Shown piece by piece: positions 19,422 through 30,544 of a DNA stretch of 64,000 nt. The position numbers and the translations under genes were made by a program. The stretch covers positions 2,678 through 66,677 of the forward strand of contig JBBEBI010000038.1 of the NCBI GenBank assembly GCA_040882365.1. The letters run 5' to 3'. The DNA is from Anaerolineales bacterium (GTDB lineage Bacteria; Chloroflexota; Anaerolineae; Anaerolineales; UBA11579). The notes under the pieces were generated by a model, which saw only the letters and a program-made list of their open reading frames with translations, made no database searches and was not told the DNA's origin. Numbering within the stretch: the stretch's first letter is position 1; every line of letters starts with the position of its first letter.

Positions 19422-19838
19422 ATGCCAGACTTGGAGTTGGCCGGCTTTGAGGAGCTGGAACACACCGCGGATTGGTCGCTGCGCGTTTGGGCACCAGATC
19501 TGGCCGGCCTGCTGGAGCAAGCCGCGCGGGGTATGCAAGACCTGTGCGGCATCCGTATTGCCAGCGACAGGCGAGAACTGCGCAGCCTTCGGGTGGAAGC
19601 AACGGATGCGGAGGGGCTGCTGGTCTCGTTCCTGGGCGAACTGCTGCACATAGCGGAGGAAGAGTGGCTGGCCTTCGACACATTCGAACTGTCCGTGTCC
19701 GAGAGCATGGCGAACGCCCGATTAGAAGGCGGGCCTATTGTGGAACAGAAGAAGGAGATCAAAGCGGTCACCTATCACAACCTGGTGGTCGAAAAGAAAT
19801 CAACTGGTTTGCAAGCGGTACTCGTGTTTGACGTTTGA
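19422..19838 (+). CDS. Archease
   Basis: EHTAD, LLV.FL.ELL, IKAVTYH and C-terminal FDV motifs. Confidence 0.95.
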   Translation: MPDLELAGFEELEHTADWSLRVWAPDLAGLLEQAARGMQDLCGIRIASDRRELRSLRVEATDAEGLLVSFLGELLHIAEEEWLAFDTFELSVSESMANARLEGGPIVEQKKEIKAVTYHNLVVEKKSTGLQAVLVFDV

Positions 19839-19844
19839 GGGCCC

Positions 19845-21296
<1,452 letters not shown>

Positions 21297-21336
21297 TGGA
21301 ACTACCGAGGTCGAAGATTCGTGAGCATAACTGTAT

Positions 21337-21756
21337 ATGAAACTTCTAGCGAAACTAACTCTTCCCCTTTTGTTTGCTGTGGAAACGGCCTGTTCGGTAA
21401 ATTCGCCGACCCCCACGATGGAACGGACGCCGGTACCGGCGGGCGGGGCTGTCTACATTGATACCGCGGATCTTTTGATAATGGAAAGCTATCCGGTGCA
21501 AGTGGCCCTGCACATCACCGGTAACCTGCCCACCCCTTGCCATGAATTCAACTATTCCTATCAGATAGGCACGCCCGAAGATCGCTTCCGCGTCGATTTC
21601 ACCGTCTGGAGCGAAAGCGACCCTGCAGTGATGTGCACACAGGTCTTGCAACCCCTTGACGAAAACCTGCCTCTTCCGATGGGCGGGGCGCCTGATGGTA
21701 CGTATAGCGTGTGGCTGAATGGAGAATTCGTCGGCGAGTTCAGTTATCCTGGGTAG
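21337..21756 (+). CDS. Putative lipoprotein
   Basis: Signal-like N-terminus ending TAC; ESYPVQV, LPTPC and CTQVL motifs. Confidence 0.7.
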   Translation: MKLLAKLTLPLLFAVETACSVNSPTPTMERTPVPAGGAVYIDTADLLIMESYPVQVALHITGNLPTPCHEFNYSYQIGTPEDRFRVDFTVWSESDPAVMCTQVLQPLDENLPLPMGGAPDGTYSVWLNGEFVGEFSYPG

Positions 21757-21817
21757 AGGCGAACGCCCTTAGGCTAATTCCGCGAAGCGTAAAACGGCCC
21801 GCGAAAACCCTGTGCGG

Positions 21818-21913
21818 TCATGATGATGACAACACCACGCCGATTAGGCCGTCAAAGGTCCCTAAGGCTATGTAGCCAAGGTAGGCGATCCTGATGACTT
21901 TGTTATCTAGCAC
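21818..21913 (-). pseudogene. N-terminal fragment of an MFS transporter
   Basis: Manual translation VLDNKVIRIAYLGYIALGTFDGLIGVVLSSS* matches the AY..FI.LG..DGLLGVAWP first helix of an MFS family, then stops. Confidence 0.5.
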
Positions 21914-21925
21914 GGGTCTTTATCG

Positions 21926-21958
21926 AAAAAAGAAGGGCGCAGATACCTGCACCCTTCT
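21926..21958 (-). terminator. Rho-independent terminator of the etf operon
   Basis: Stem AGAAGGGCGCAG/CTGCACCCTTCT with an A-run on + (U-tract on -), just after the etfA stop. Confidence 0.8.
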
Positions 21959-21966
21959 GGGCATTT

Positions 21967-23013
21967 TTATTTGTGCAGCCTCTCCTTGAAAGCTCTGGCT
22001 AAGGCGGGCACGATCTCGTGCAGGTCTCCCACAATACCGTAGCGGGCCAGTTTGAATATTGGGGCATCCGGATCTTTGTTGACGGCCACTATCACTTTGC
22101 TGGTGCGCATGCCGGCCAAATGCTGGATGGCGCCCGAAATACCGAGGGCGATGTACAGATCGGGTGAGACCACCTTGCCGGTCTGGCCCACCTGGTGGGC
22201 GTAGGGGACATAGCCGGCATCCACGGCGGCGCGGCTGGCGCCCACCGCGGCACCCAGGGCCTCGGCCAGTTCGCCGATCATCTTGAAGCCCTGCTGGGCG
22301 CGCCAGATCTCTTTTTGCTTTTCGTCGGTGATCTGGGCGGGCGGAGTGAGATTGGGATTGTTGGAGGTGCCGCGCCCACCGGACACGATAATGGCCGCAT
22401 CACCAAGGGAGACGCGGCCCTCAACGGTGGCGTAGTCCACCATTTTGGTAGGGATGTCGGCTTCGCTCATTGCCGCGGGAACCTTGGTGACCGTTCCGGA
22501 GCGATTGGCGTCTTCCACGGGTTTGGTGAAGGCGCGCACCCGCAACGTAAGGATCTGCGGCTTGGTCTTGCACACGACCTTGGATAGTAATTTGCCTGCA
22601 TAGATGGGGCGAGTGGCAACCAACTTGCCGCCTTCATTCTTGATTTCGATGACGTCGGGCACGACACCGCTATCCAGATCAACGGCCGCCATGGCGGCCA
22701 GCTCCCGGCCGCGCGTGCTGGTGGGAAAGAAGATCGCTTCGGGTTGGTGTTCCTTGGCTAATTTGGACAGTAGGGTCGCATAAGGTTCCGGCCGGTAATC
22801 GGCCAAGCTTGTATCCTCCGTGACGAAAGCCTCATCGGCGCCACAGTAGATGGCGGTTTGGGCCAGGCTCTCGGCGTTGCTGCCGAGAATCACCGCGCTC
22901 ACCGAAGCGCCCAGCTCACTGGCTAATTTGCGCGCCGCGCCCACCACTTCCCAGGATGCAGGCAGTGCTTTGCCCTTGAAATGGTCGATATACACGAAGA
23001 TTTTGCCGGCCAT
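21967..23013 (-). CDS. etfA: Electron transfer flavoprotein subunit alpha
   Basis: [33 protein letters not shown] and NKD motifs; start MAGKIFV overlaps the etfB stop. Confidence 0.95.
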   Translation of the reverse strand: MAGKIFVYIDHFKGKALPASWEVVGAARKLASELGASVSAVILGSNAESLAQTAIYCGADEAFVTEDTSLADYRPEPYATLLSKLAKEHQPEAIFFPTSTRGRELAAMAAVDLDSGVVPDVIEIKNEGGKLVATRPIYAGKLLSKVVCKTKPQILTLRVRAFTKPVEDANRSGTVTKVPAAMSEADIPTKMVDYATVEGRVSLGDAAIIVSGGRGTSNNPNLTPPAQITDEKQKEIWRAQQGFKMIGELAEALGAAVGASRAAVDAGYVPYAHQVGQTGKVVSPDLYIALGISGAIQHLAGMRTSKVIVAVNKDPDAPIFKLARYGIVGDLHEIVPALARAFKERLHK

Positions 23014-23792
23014 CACAGCACCCCTTCGGCAATGAGTTTGTCGGCCAGCTTGGCGGCAATTTCGTCCGGGGTGCTGCCTGTGATCATTTCGTTGGTCACT
23101 TCGCGCTGCGCAAGGCCCGATATTTCCGGCCAGGTAACTTTCGATTGTGGAGCGGAGATCCCTAGATCGCCCAGCGACCAGGTGGGGATTTCGGCTTTGG
23201 AGGCCTTGCGAATGCCCATGAAAGAGGGATAGCGCGGCTCGCCGAAATCCTTGACGATGCTGAGCACGGCGGGCAGCTTGCCATCTACGATCTGACGGCC
23301 TTCCTCGATGCCGCGCTCCACGCGGATTGTTTTGGCCGCGGGATCCAATTGAGAAATGGCGGCGACAAGCGTCAGCGCTGGCCAACCGAGCACTCGAGCG
23401 GTCATTGCTGGAGTAAGTCCTGTATCGGAGTCAATGGCCTGCTTGCCGAAGACAGCCAGCTCGATATCACCGAGTTTCTTGACCGCGGCGGCCAGTACGC
23501 GAGAGGTGGCGCCCGCGTCCGGGGCGGAGAGAGCGGGGTCAGAGATCAGGATGGCTTGGGCACAGCCCATAGCCAAGGCATGCTTAAGCGCCTCTTTGGC
23601 GCTCTCGCCGCCGAGGGTCAGGGCGGTCACTTGACCGCCATGTTTTTCGGCCAACTGTAAGGCGGCTTCGACGGCGTATTCGTCCCAGGGGTTGATGACC
23701 AGGGGGGCGTCGCCCCAACTGGCGACGCCATTATTGACCGTCATTTTGGCGGCCGAATCGGGCACTTGTTTTACGAAAACGGCGATCTTCAA
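23013..23792 (-). CDS. etfB: Electron transfer flavoprotein subunit beta
   Basis: VKQVPD, NPWDEYAVE, ALAMG, GKQAID and EPRY motifs; TTG start after TAAGGAG. Confidence 0.95.
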   Translation of the reverse strand: MKIAVFVKQVPDSAAKMTVNNGVASWGDAPLVINPWDEYAVEAALQLAEKHGGQVTALTLGGESAKEALKHALAMGCAQAILISDPALSAPDAGATSRVLAAAVKKLGDIELAVFGKQAIDSDTGLTPAMTARVLGWPALTLVAAISQLDPAAKTIRVERGIEEGRQIVDGKLPAVLSIVKDFGEPRYPSFMGIRKASKAEIPTWSLGDLGISAPQSKVTWPEISGLAQREVTNEMITGSTPDEIAAKLADKLIAEGVL

Positions 23793-23805
23793 ATCAGTCT
23801 CCTTA

Positions 23806-24225
23806 CGTCATTGCGAGGAGGCGCAGCTGACGAAGCAATCTCGGCGGGCACCAGGCGCCAATTCATTCATCGAGGATCTCGGGCAACCAATCATTCCATT
23901 TTGGATTTATGCTGTTAATTGGGTCAATTTTCTTTTTCCTCGAGCCGCCTTTATTTGCTTTTCGCGCTCGAACGCCTCTTCAATTCTCTCAGTTACTTCA
24001 ACATAAACAAGCTTACTTACCTTGTAACGCCTCGTGAATCCCTTGCCGGTTCTATGTTCTTCCATTCGGCGAATCAGATCATTGGTGACACCGGTATAGA
24101 TCACTGAATTGCGCTTATTGGTCATTATATAAACGCTGGCTAGCTGTTCTGCTTTCACGATCCAAGTTTTCTTGCTGCTTAGCTTGATTTCTTCACGGGA
24201 TTGCTTCGCTTCGCTCGCAATGACG
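23806..24225. mobile_element. GIY-YIG cassette bounded by CGTC-type inverted repeats
   Basis: Left end CGTCATTGCGAG-N13-CGAAGCAATC (23806-23840); right end GATTGCTTCG-N5-CTCGCAATGACG (24199-24225). These are reverse complements. Confidence 0.7.
23863..24158 (-). pseudogene. GIY-YIG nuclease (small UPF0213-like family), frameshifted
   Basis: VYIMTN..NSVIYTGVTNDLIRR..EH...FT.RY....LVY.E...A..REKQIK. The conserved tail (GSRKKKID..NSINPKWND) is in a shifted frame from about 23945. Confidence 0.85.
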
Positions 24226-24227
24226 GG

Positions 24228-25442
24228 CTACTTCTCAGCCTGCCAGTATTCCGCATCATACGCGGGTAGCTCACGGCGCAACTTGGCATCCTCTCGATAG
24301 CCAAGGGCGTAGCCGGCTTGCATCAATTGATGGATTTCGCTGGTGCCCTCGTAGATCACAGCGCCTTTGGAATTGCGCAGGTAGCGCTCCACGTCGTATT
24401 CATCACTGTAGCCATAGGCACCATGCACTTGGATAGCCTCGCTGGCGGCTTCGAAAGAAGCGTCGGTGGCGAACCATTTGGCCAACGAGGTTTCGCGCGT
24501 GTTGCGCTGCCCTGCATTCTTCATCCAGCCGGCGCGTAAGTAAAGCAAACGGGCGGCTTCATATGATTGCACCATGTAGGCAATCTTTTGTTGCACAAGC
24601 TGGAATTGCCCGATCTCACGATTGAAGGCTTTGCGATCGTGGGCGTATTTGACGCTGGCTTCCAGACAGGCACGGATGAGGCCCGTAGCTCCCGCGGCCA
24701 CGGTGTAGCGTCCGTTATCCAGGCAGGACATAGCGATCTTGAAGCCTTCCCCTTCTTCACCGAGGCGGTTCTCGGCAGGGACATGCACATCCTGCATGGA
24801 GATCCAACCGGTTGAGCCGGCGCGCACACCTAGCTTGCCATGGATATCGCCGGTCTTCACGCCTTTACGGTCCAGCTCCAACATGAAGGCAGTGAGGCCA
24901 TCGTGCGGATCTGCCGCATCCGGATTGGTGCGCAGCACGACAAGAGCATGGTGCGCTTTGGTTGCCAGGGAGATCCACATCTTCTCACCATTGAGTACAT
25001 ATTCGTCGCCCATGCGCTTGGCGGTGCCCTTCATGCCGGCCACATCGGAGCCGGCACCCGGCTCCGTGAGGCCGAAGCAGGCGTATTTTTCGCCCTTGGC
25101 TTGCGGCCCCAGGAACTTTTGTTTCTGCTCTTCAGTGCCCCATTGCAACAAAGCCATGCTGTTGAGACCCATATGGACAGACATCACCACGCGCAACGTG
25201 GTATCGGCCACTTCCAGTTCCTCGCAGACCAGCCCAAGCGAAATGTAATCAAACCCTTGGCCGCCGTAGCGAACAGGGATGTTAATGCCCAGGATGCCCA
25301 ACTCGGCCATGCGCGGCAATATGAAAGGAGCCATCTCCTGTTTGCGATCCCATTCTTTGATGACGGGAACAACTTCCTTTTGGACGAATTCCCGCACCAT
25401 TTTTTGGGCCATGAGGTGCTCTTCGTTAATCTGAAAGTCCAT
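24228..25442 (-). CDS. Acyl-CoA dehydrogenase
   Basis: [30 protein letters not shown] and IYEGTSEIH motifs. Confidence 0.95.
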   Translation of the reverse strand: MDFQINEEHLMAQKMVREFVQKEVVPVIKEWDRKQEMAPFILPRMAELGILGINIPVRYGGQGFDYISLGLVCEELEVADTTLRVVMSVHMGLNSMALLQWGTEEQKQKFLGPQAKGEKYACFGLTEPGAGSDVAGMKGTAKRMGDEYVLNGEKMWISLATKAHHALVVLRTNPDAADPHDGLTAFMLELDRKGVKTGDIHGKLGVRAGSTGWISMQDVHVPAENRLGEEGEGFKIAMSCLDNGRYTVAAGATGLIRACLEASVKYAHDRKAFNREIGQFQLVQQKIAYMVQSYEAARLLYLRAGWMKNAGQRNTRETSLAKWFATDASFEAASEAIQVHGAYGYSDEYDVERYLRNSKGAVIYEGTSEIHQLMQAGYALGYREDAKLRRELPAYDAEYWQAEK

Positions 25443-25575
25443 CTATCCTCGGGGGATCATTGTGGATTTGCGGTGCTTCAGGCAAACACGCGGCCAGCGC
25501 CGTGCTTTGCAGCGCGGGGATTATACCGCGAGGGTCTCTGCTGCCATCGAGTGGCCGAAACCGTATAATTTGCGA

Positions 25576-26640
25576 GTGCTCGGGTTGCTTTTAAAGCGGG
25601 CCTGGATCGGCATTTTGTTGGGCCTGATCCTGCTTACGCTCCCCAACGCTTGGCTTCGCACTCTTGCACCGGTGGCGGGAGAGATCCTCACGCCTACGCC
25701 GCCTCCCGCGGCGGACACACTAACCACAGCCTATGAGCAGGGATTGGAATTGAGCGCAAATGATCCGTTGGCCGCACTGCCATTTCTCGAACAGGTCATG
25801 TTTTCGGATCATCCAGCGGCCGAAGATGCCCGTAGGCTGACACTCGCCATCCGGGCTGCCCGACTGGAGCAAGACCAGGCTTATCTGTTTACCGCAACAG
25901 GGCAAGCGCTGGCTGCTATCGAGGAGTGGAGGTTGGCTCGAATTGCTCTGCTCAAAGCCGTGCAGTTTGATGAAGGATATGCAGAGGCTTGGGCATATTT
26001 GGGGGAGGCGCAGCATCACAACGGCGAGGAAGATTACCCGGCGTTACAACGCGCTATGGAGTTAAATCCGGATTCCGTGGCAGTTCAATTGTTCAATGCC
26101 CTATATTGGCAGCGGCAAGGCGATTTTCTGCAGGCTAACCTGCATTTCTATATTGCTTCTCAGTTGGATCCCAATAATCCAGCCATTTTTATCCAGTGGG
26201 GCCAGAACGCCATGTTGGCGGGTGAACCGGTGGAGGCCCGCCAACATTTCGAGGCTGCCGCCAGCCTAACTCCGCGTGATCCGGAGGTGTGGAAGGTGTT
26301 GGCGCGCTACAGCATCGAAAGTGAACTCTTTGTTGGCGAGCTCGGCCTACCGGCTGCGGATCAACTGACACGGGATAACCCCACGGACGGGGAGGCCTTG
26401 GTATTGCTGGGCCGGGCTCACATCCTGATGGGGAACAGGCAAACTGGGCTGATCTTTCTCGAACGGGCGATAGAGATAGATCCCAATTACAGTCAAGCCC
26501 ATTATTATCTGGGGTTATATCTGTTGGCTGAGGGAGACATAGAAGAAGCCATCCTTCACCTGAATAGAGTCATCGCCCTGGTGCCTGGTTCGGAAGAAGC
26601 GGAGCTGGCCGCCGAGTTGATCGTGCAATATTCTCGCTAG
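25576..26640 (+). CDS. Tetratricopeptide-repeat protein with N-terminal signal/TM segment
   Basis: Repeated A..LDP/AHYYLG-type TPR units; in-frame GTG start 6 nt after TATAAT. Confidence 0.8.
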   Translation: MLGLLLKRAWIGILLGLILLTLPNAWLRTLAPVAGEILTPTPPPAADTLTTAYEQGLELSANDPLAALPFLEQVMFSDHPAAEDARRLTLAIRAARLEQDQAYLFTATGQALAAIEEWRLARIALLKAVQFDEGYAEAWAYLGEAQHHNGEEDYPALQRAMELNPDSVAVQLFNALYWQRQGDFLQANLHFYIASQLDPNNPAIFIQWGQNAMLAGEPVEARQHFEAAASLTPRDPEVWKVLARYSIESELFVGELGLPAADQLTRDNPTDGEALVLLGRAHILMGNRQTGLIFLERAIEIDPNYSQAHYYLGLYLLAEGDIEEAILHLNRVIALVPGSEEAELAAELIVQYSR

Positions 26641-26709
26641 ATGCACGCCGGGCACATGCTAGAATCTATTGGCTTCGTGGTACACGAAGCCTAGAAGAGC
26701 GAGGGATGA

Positions 26710-27060
26710 ATGGCCGATCATGACTGTGTCTTCTGCAAGATCGTTTCAGGTGAATTACCTGCGGAAAAGCTTCATCAGGATGAATGGGTTACTGCATTCC
26801 GCGATATTCATCCCCTTGCCCCTGTTCATATTCTCATTGTTCCCAATAGACATCTGACCAATACCAACGACCTTACGCCGGCAGATGAGGCCATTGCCGG
26901 ACGCATGCTGGCCATAGTGCCTGAAATCGCAAAAAAAGAAGGTGTCGCAGAGAGTGGATACCGCCTGATCTTGAACACAGGACCCGATGGCAATCAGGTG
27001 GTGATGCACATGCACATGCATTTGCTGGGCGGCCACCTCATGCAGAATCCCATGGGGTAG
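26710..27060 (+). CDS. hit: HIT-family (Hint) nucleotide-binding protein
   Basis: DCVFCKI, AFRDIHP.APVH and HMHMH triad. Confidence 0.93.
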   Translation: MADHDCVFCKIVSGELPAEKLHQDEWVTAFRDIHPLAPVHILIVPNRHLTNTNDLTPADEAIAGRMLAIVPEIAKKEGVAESGYRLILNTGPDGNQVVMHMHMHLLGGHLMQNPMG

Positions 27061-27079
27061 GCAAGGGTATAATTTCTTC

Positions 27080-27526
27080 ATGGCCTTAAAAGTCCAACTG
27101 GAACAAGCCCTCAAGGATGCCATGCGGGAGAATGACGCAACGCGGAAAAGCACGTTGCGCATGGCCCTTGCGGCTATTAAAGAGGCTGAAGTCCAAAAAC
27201 TGGGCGAACTAGACGACCCCGCCATCCTTGGCGTGCTGCGAAAGGAAGTCAAATCGCGTCAGGAAACGGTGGCTGAGGCAGAAACGGCCGATCGCAGGGA
27301 CCTGGCGGAAAAAGCACGCGCCGAGATGCGTATCCTTGAAGGGTTCATGCCGCAGGCGTTGAGCTCCCAGGAACTGGAAGAGTTGGTGCAGGCGGCCATT
27401 GCCGAAGTGGGCGCCAGCACGCCCGCCGATATGGGCAAAGTGATGAAAGCCGTTTTACCCAAGATACAGGGCCGCGCCGATGGGGGACAAGTAAGCCAAC
27501 TCGTCCGCGCCAAGCTTCAAGGTTAA
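27080..27526 (+). CDS. GatB/YqeY domain protein
   Basis: LKDAMR, E.K.R.E, DMGKVM and GRADG..VS..V motifs. Confidence 0.93.
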   Translation: MALKVQLEQALKDAMRENDATRKSTLRMALAAIKEAEVQKLGELDDPAILGVLRKEVKSRQETVAEAETADRRDLAEKARAEMRILEGFMPQALSSQELEELVQAAIAEVGASTPADMGKVMKAVLPKIQGRADGGQVSQLVRAKLQG

Positions 27527-27539
27527 CCCCTCACTCCCT

Positions 27540-29681
27540 ATGACTGAGCAAACGAAATCCCAGCGCAGCCCGCGCTGGCCCACCCGCAGCCTTTACTTCC
27601 TGGGGTTACTGTGGGTCTTGGGTCTGGCGGTCTCGTTGGCGCTGCTGATGTTGCCATTTTCCAGCCGCCAGGCCACCTTGCGGCTGCAAGTGGGAGATGT
27701 GGCCAGCCAGGATGTGCTGGCTCCCTACGCCCTGAGCTACCAAAGTGAGGTGCTCACGGACGAGGCGCAGGAGGAAAGCGCCAATGCCGTGGTCCCCATT
27801 TACGGACCGCCGGATGCTGACATTGCCCGCGATCAACTGGAGCAACTGCGCAATGCGCTGACGTTCATAAACACCGTGCGGCAGGATAGCTTCGCATCTC
27901 TAGACCAGAAAATAAATGACCTGGCCGCTTTGCAAAGCGTTAGCTTCAGCCAGGAAACCGCCCAGAATATCCTGCTATTGCCGGACGCGGCCTGGCAGAA
28001 CGTTCAACAGGAAACCATCGTCGTCCTTGAGCAAGTGATGCGCAGCAGCATTCGCCAGAACCGGCTGGAAGAAGCTCGCAGCACTATTCCCGCCCTGGTT
28101 AGCTTATCTATTCCAGAAAACCAGGCTGCCATCGTGGCCGAATTGGCCGCAGGCTTTGCAGTGCCGAATAGTTTTTATTCAGAGGAACTGACGGAGCAGG
28201 CGCGCGAAGAGGCCCGCGCCTTAGTTCAGCCGGTCATGGTTTCGTATCAAAACGAAGAAGCCATCGCGCAACGTGGCCAAGTGATTTCGGAGGCTGACCT
28301 CGAAGCCTTGCAGCAGTTCGGGTTGGTCCAGACCGAGGCAAGCTGGCAGAACTATGTAAGCACGGCGGTGCTGACCCTGGCGGTTTTCATATTGGCGGTG
28401 CTCTATTTGCGCTACAAACCCCGGTTAGCCGGGGATCTGCGCGGTATGACGGTGGTTGTCGCTCTTTTTATCCTGTTCCTGATCACTGCTCGCCTGACCA
28501 TCGTCGATCGCACCGTAGTGCCTTATGTCTATCCTTTGGCCGGGTTTGGGCTGCTGGTTTCCAGCCTATATAGTTCCCAGGCAGCCATGGTTTTTTCGTT
28601 TGTTTTGAGCGTCCTGGCGGCTTACAACCTTCCCAACGCTTTCGACCTGACCCTCTATTATTTTCTAGGCAGCCTGTTCGGAATTCTGTTCCTGAAGGGT
28701 GGGCAACGAGTGATGGCTTACTTTTGGGCGGGGGCGGCTATTACGGTGGCAAATATTGCCGTGTTATTGGCTTACCGGCTGCCGCTGGCATCGACAGATC
28801 TGCCCGGAATGCTCACGTTAATGGGTGCCGCGGCCCTGAATGGTTTTGGCGCGGCAAGCCTCACCATCGTCTTGCAACTCTTTTTAGCGCCCTGGCTTGG
28901 CCTGACGACCAGTGTGCAACTTTTGGAGCTGGCGCGACCGGACCATCCGCTACTGCAATTCATCTTGCGCGGCGCCCCCGGCACCTACCAACATAGTTTA
29001 TTGATCGCGAATTTATCGGAACAAGCCGCTGAAGCCATTGGGGCAGATGCACTGCTTACTCGCGTGGGCGCCCTTTACCACGACGCGGGCAAAGCGCGGC
29101 AGCCCCATTACTTCATCGAAAATCAGGTGACTGGCAGCAAGAATCCGCACGACGCGTTGAGTCCCAAGGAAAGTGCCAAGATGATCCTGCAGCATGTGCC
29201 GGACGGATTGAAGTTGGCTGCCAAGCACCACCTACCCAAGCGGATCAAAGATTTCATCGCCGAGCACCACGGTACCTTGCTTACGCGCTACCAATATGCG
29301 AAAGCCCTGGAGGCGGCCGGCGGCGACGAGAAGAAAGTGAACATCAACGACTTCCGCTACTCGGGCCCCAAACCCAGGTCGCGCGAGACGGCCCTGGTGA
29401 TGCTGGCCGACGGCTGCGAGGCCCGCACGCGCGCTGAAAGGCCGAAGACCCGCGAAGAATTGCGCGCCATGATAAAGAACGTGATCGACAACCGGCTTGC
29501 GCAGGAACAACTCGACGATACGACATTGACCATGAACGATCTGAAGATCATTCAGGATGTGTATGTATCGGCCTTGCGCGGCATGTACCACCCGCGGCTG
29601 ATCTATCCCGAATTAGACGAGAACACGCTGGGCTCGTTGGATGCGCAGCCGACGTTAAAGACGCTGAAACCGGAAAAATGA
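27540..29681 (+). CDS. 7TMR-HDED/7TM HD-domain phosphohydrolase (PgpH-like c-di-AMP phosphodiesterase)
   Basis: Extracellular domain, TM block, then APGTYQHS, YHDAGK, FIENQ, EHHGT, FRY.GPKP and MLAD..EA; sits before ybeY-dgkA. Confidence 0.9.
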   Translation: MTEQTKSQRSPRWPTRSLYFLGLLWVLGLAVSLALLMLPFSSRQATLRLQVGDVASQDVLAPYALSYQSEVLTDEAQEESANAVVPIYGPPDADIARDQLEQLRNALTFINTVRQDSFASLDQKINDLAALQSVSFSQETAQNILLLPDAAWQNVQQETIVVLEQVMRSSIRQNRLEEARSTIPALVSLSIPENQAAIVAELAAGFAVPNSFYSEELTEQAREEARALVQPVMVSYQNEEAIAQRGQVISEADLEALQQFGLVQTEASWQNYVSTAVLTLAVFILAVLYLRYKPRLAGDLRGMTVVVALFILFLITARLTIVDRTVVPYVYPLAGFGLLVSSLYSSQAAMVFSFVLSVLAAYNLPNAFDLTLYYFLGSLFGILFLKGGQRVMAYFWAGAAITVANIAVLLAYRLPLASTDLPGMLTLMGAAALNGFGAASLTIVLQLFLAPWLGLTTSVQLLELARPDHPLLQFILRGAPGTYQHSLLIANLSEQAAEAIGADALLTRVGALYHDAGKARQPHYFIENQVTGSKNPHDALSPKESAKMILQHVPDGLKLAAKHHLPKRIKDFIAEHHGTLLTRYQYAKALEAAGGDEKKVNINDFRYSGPKPRSRETALVMLADGCEARTRAERPKTREELRAMIKNVIDNRLAQEQLDDTTLTMNDLKIIQDVYVSALRGMYHPRLIYPELDENTLGSLDAQPTLKTLKPEK

Positions 29682-30145
29682 TCCACATCGAAATCGACAA
29701 ACAATATCGGGAGAAGCATAGTGCCGATTTGTTGACAAGGACGGTCGAAGCGGTCTTAAAGGACCAGCAAGTGGGGCGGGAGACGGGGATCAGTGTAGTG
29801 ATCACGGGGGATAAGAAACTAAGGGAACTCAATCAGCAATTTCTTGGGGAAGACCATGTGCCCGATGTGCTTTCTTTTCCCTCCGGCGAGTCGAGCGATG
29901 CTCAGCATTATTTGGGCGATGTGGTTATTTCAATGCCGCGGGCACGCGCCCAAGCCAAGGCAAGCGGCCACCGCATGGACGAAGAATTACAATTGCTGAC
30001 CGTGCACGGCCTTCTGCATTTGCTGGGACACGACCACGCCAGCCCGCAAGAAAAGGCGCGCATGTGGGCCGCGCAGGAAAAAATCCTCATTGGCCTTGGT
30101 GTGCACATCACGGCCAATGTTTCAGAGAAATATCCAACACCCTAG
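29678..30145 (+). CDS. ybeY: rRNA maturation endoribonuclease YbeY
   Basis: DVLSFP, LGDVVIS and HGLLHLLGHDH motifs. Confidence 0.96.
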   Translation: MIHIEIDKQYREKHSADLLTRTVEAVLKDQQVGRETGISVVITGDKKLRELNQQFLGEDHVPDVLSFPSGESSDAQHYLGDVVISMPRARAQAKASGHRMDEELQLLTVHGLLHLLGHDHASPQEKARMWAAQEKILIGLGVHITANVSEKYPTP

Positions 30146-30526
30146 ATGATCCTGTTCTTGCGCGACCGGCTGGGTTCATTCAAGCCTGCTTTTGCCGGCA
30201 TTGGGCATGTGTTTCGCAGTCAGCCCAATGCTTGGATTCATGCCGTGGTAAGCCTGGCTGTCCTCGGGGCCGGGTTGTGGGTCCAATTGAGCGGCGGAAG
30301 TTGGGCCCTTATTTTGCTGGCTATGGCCCTGGTGTGGATAACGGAGTTCCTCAATACCGCCCTAGAGGCGGTGGTGGACCTGGCGAGCCCAGCGCACAGC
30401 AAATTGGCGCAGGTCGCCAAGGACGTGAGTGCTGCAGCTGTGGTGATTGCGGCTGCGGCAGCCGTGATCGTCGGATTATTAATTTTGGGTCCGCCCGTTT
30501 GGGCGCGCGCAGTGGGTCTGTTCTAA
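30146..30526 (+). CDS. dgkA: Diacylglycerol/undecaprenol kinase
   Basis: SF..AF.G, N..IH, EFLNTALE.VVD and AKD..AAAV motifs. Confidence 0.93.
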   Translation: MILFLRDRLGSFKPAFAGIGHVFRSQPNAWIHAVVSLAVLGAGLWVQLSGGSWALILLAMALVWITEFLNTALEAVVDLASPAHSKLAQVAKDVSAAAVVIAAAAAVIVGLLILGPPVWARAVGLF

Positions 30527-30544
30527 GCAGCGAGAAAATTCGCC

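Noticed and set aside
21885..21935. CTGATGA...GAAA resembling a hammerhead ribozyme core
   Set aside because: Stem II cannot be closed, the GAAA belongs to the terminator A-run, and the region is better explained as an MFS gene stub.
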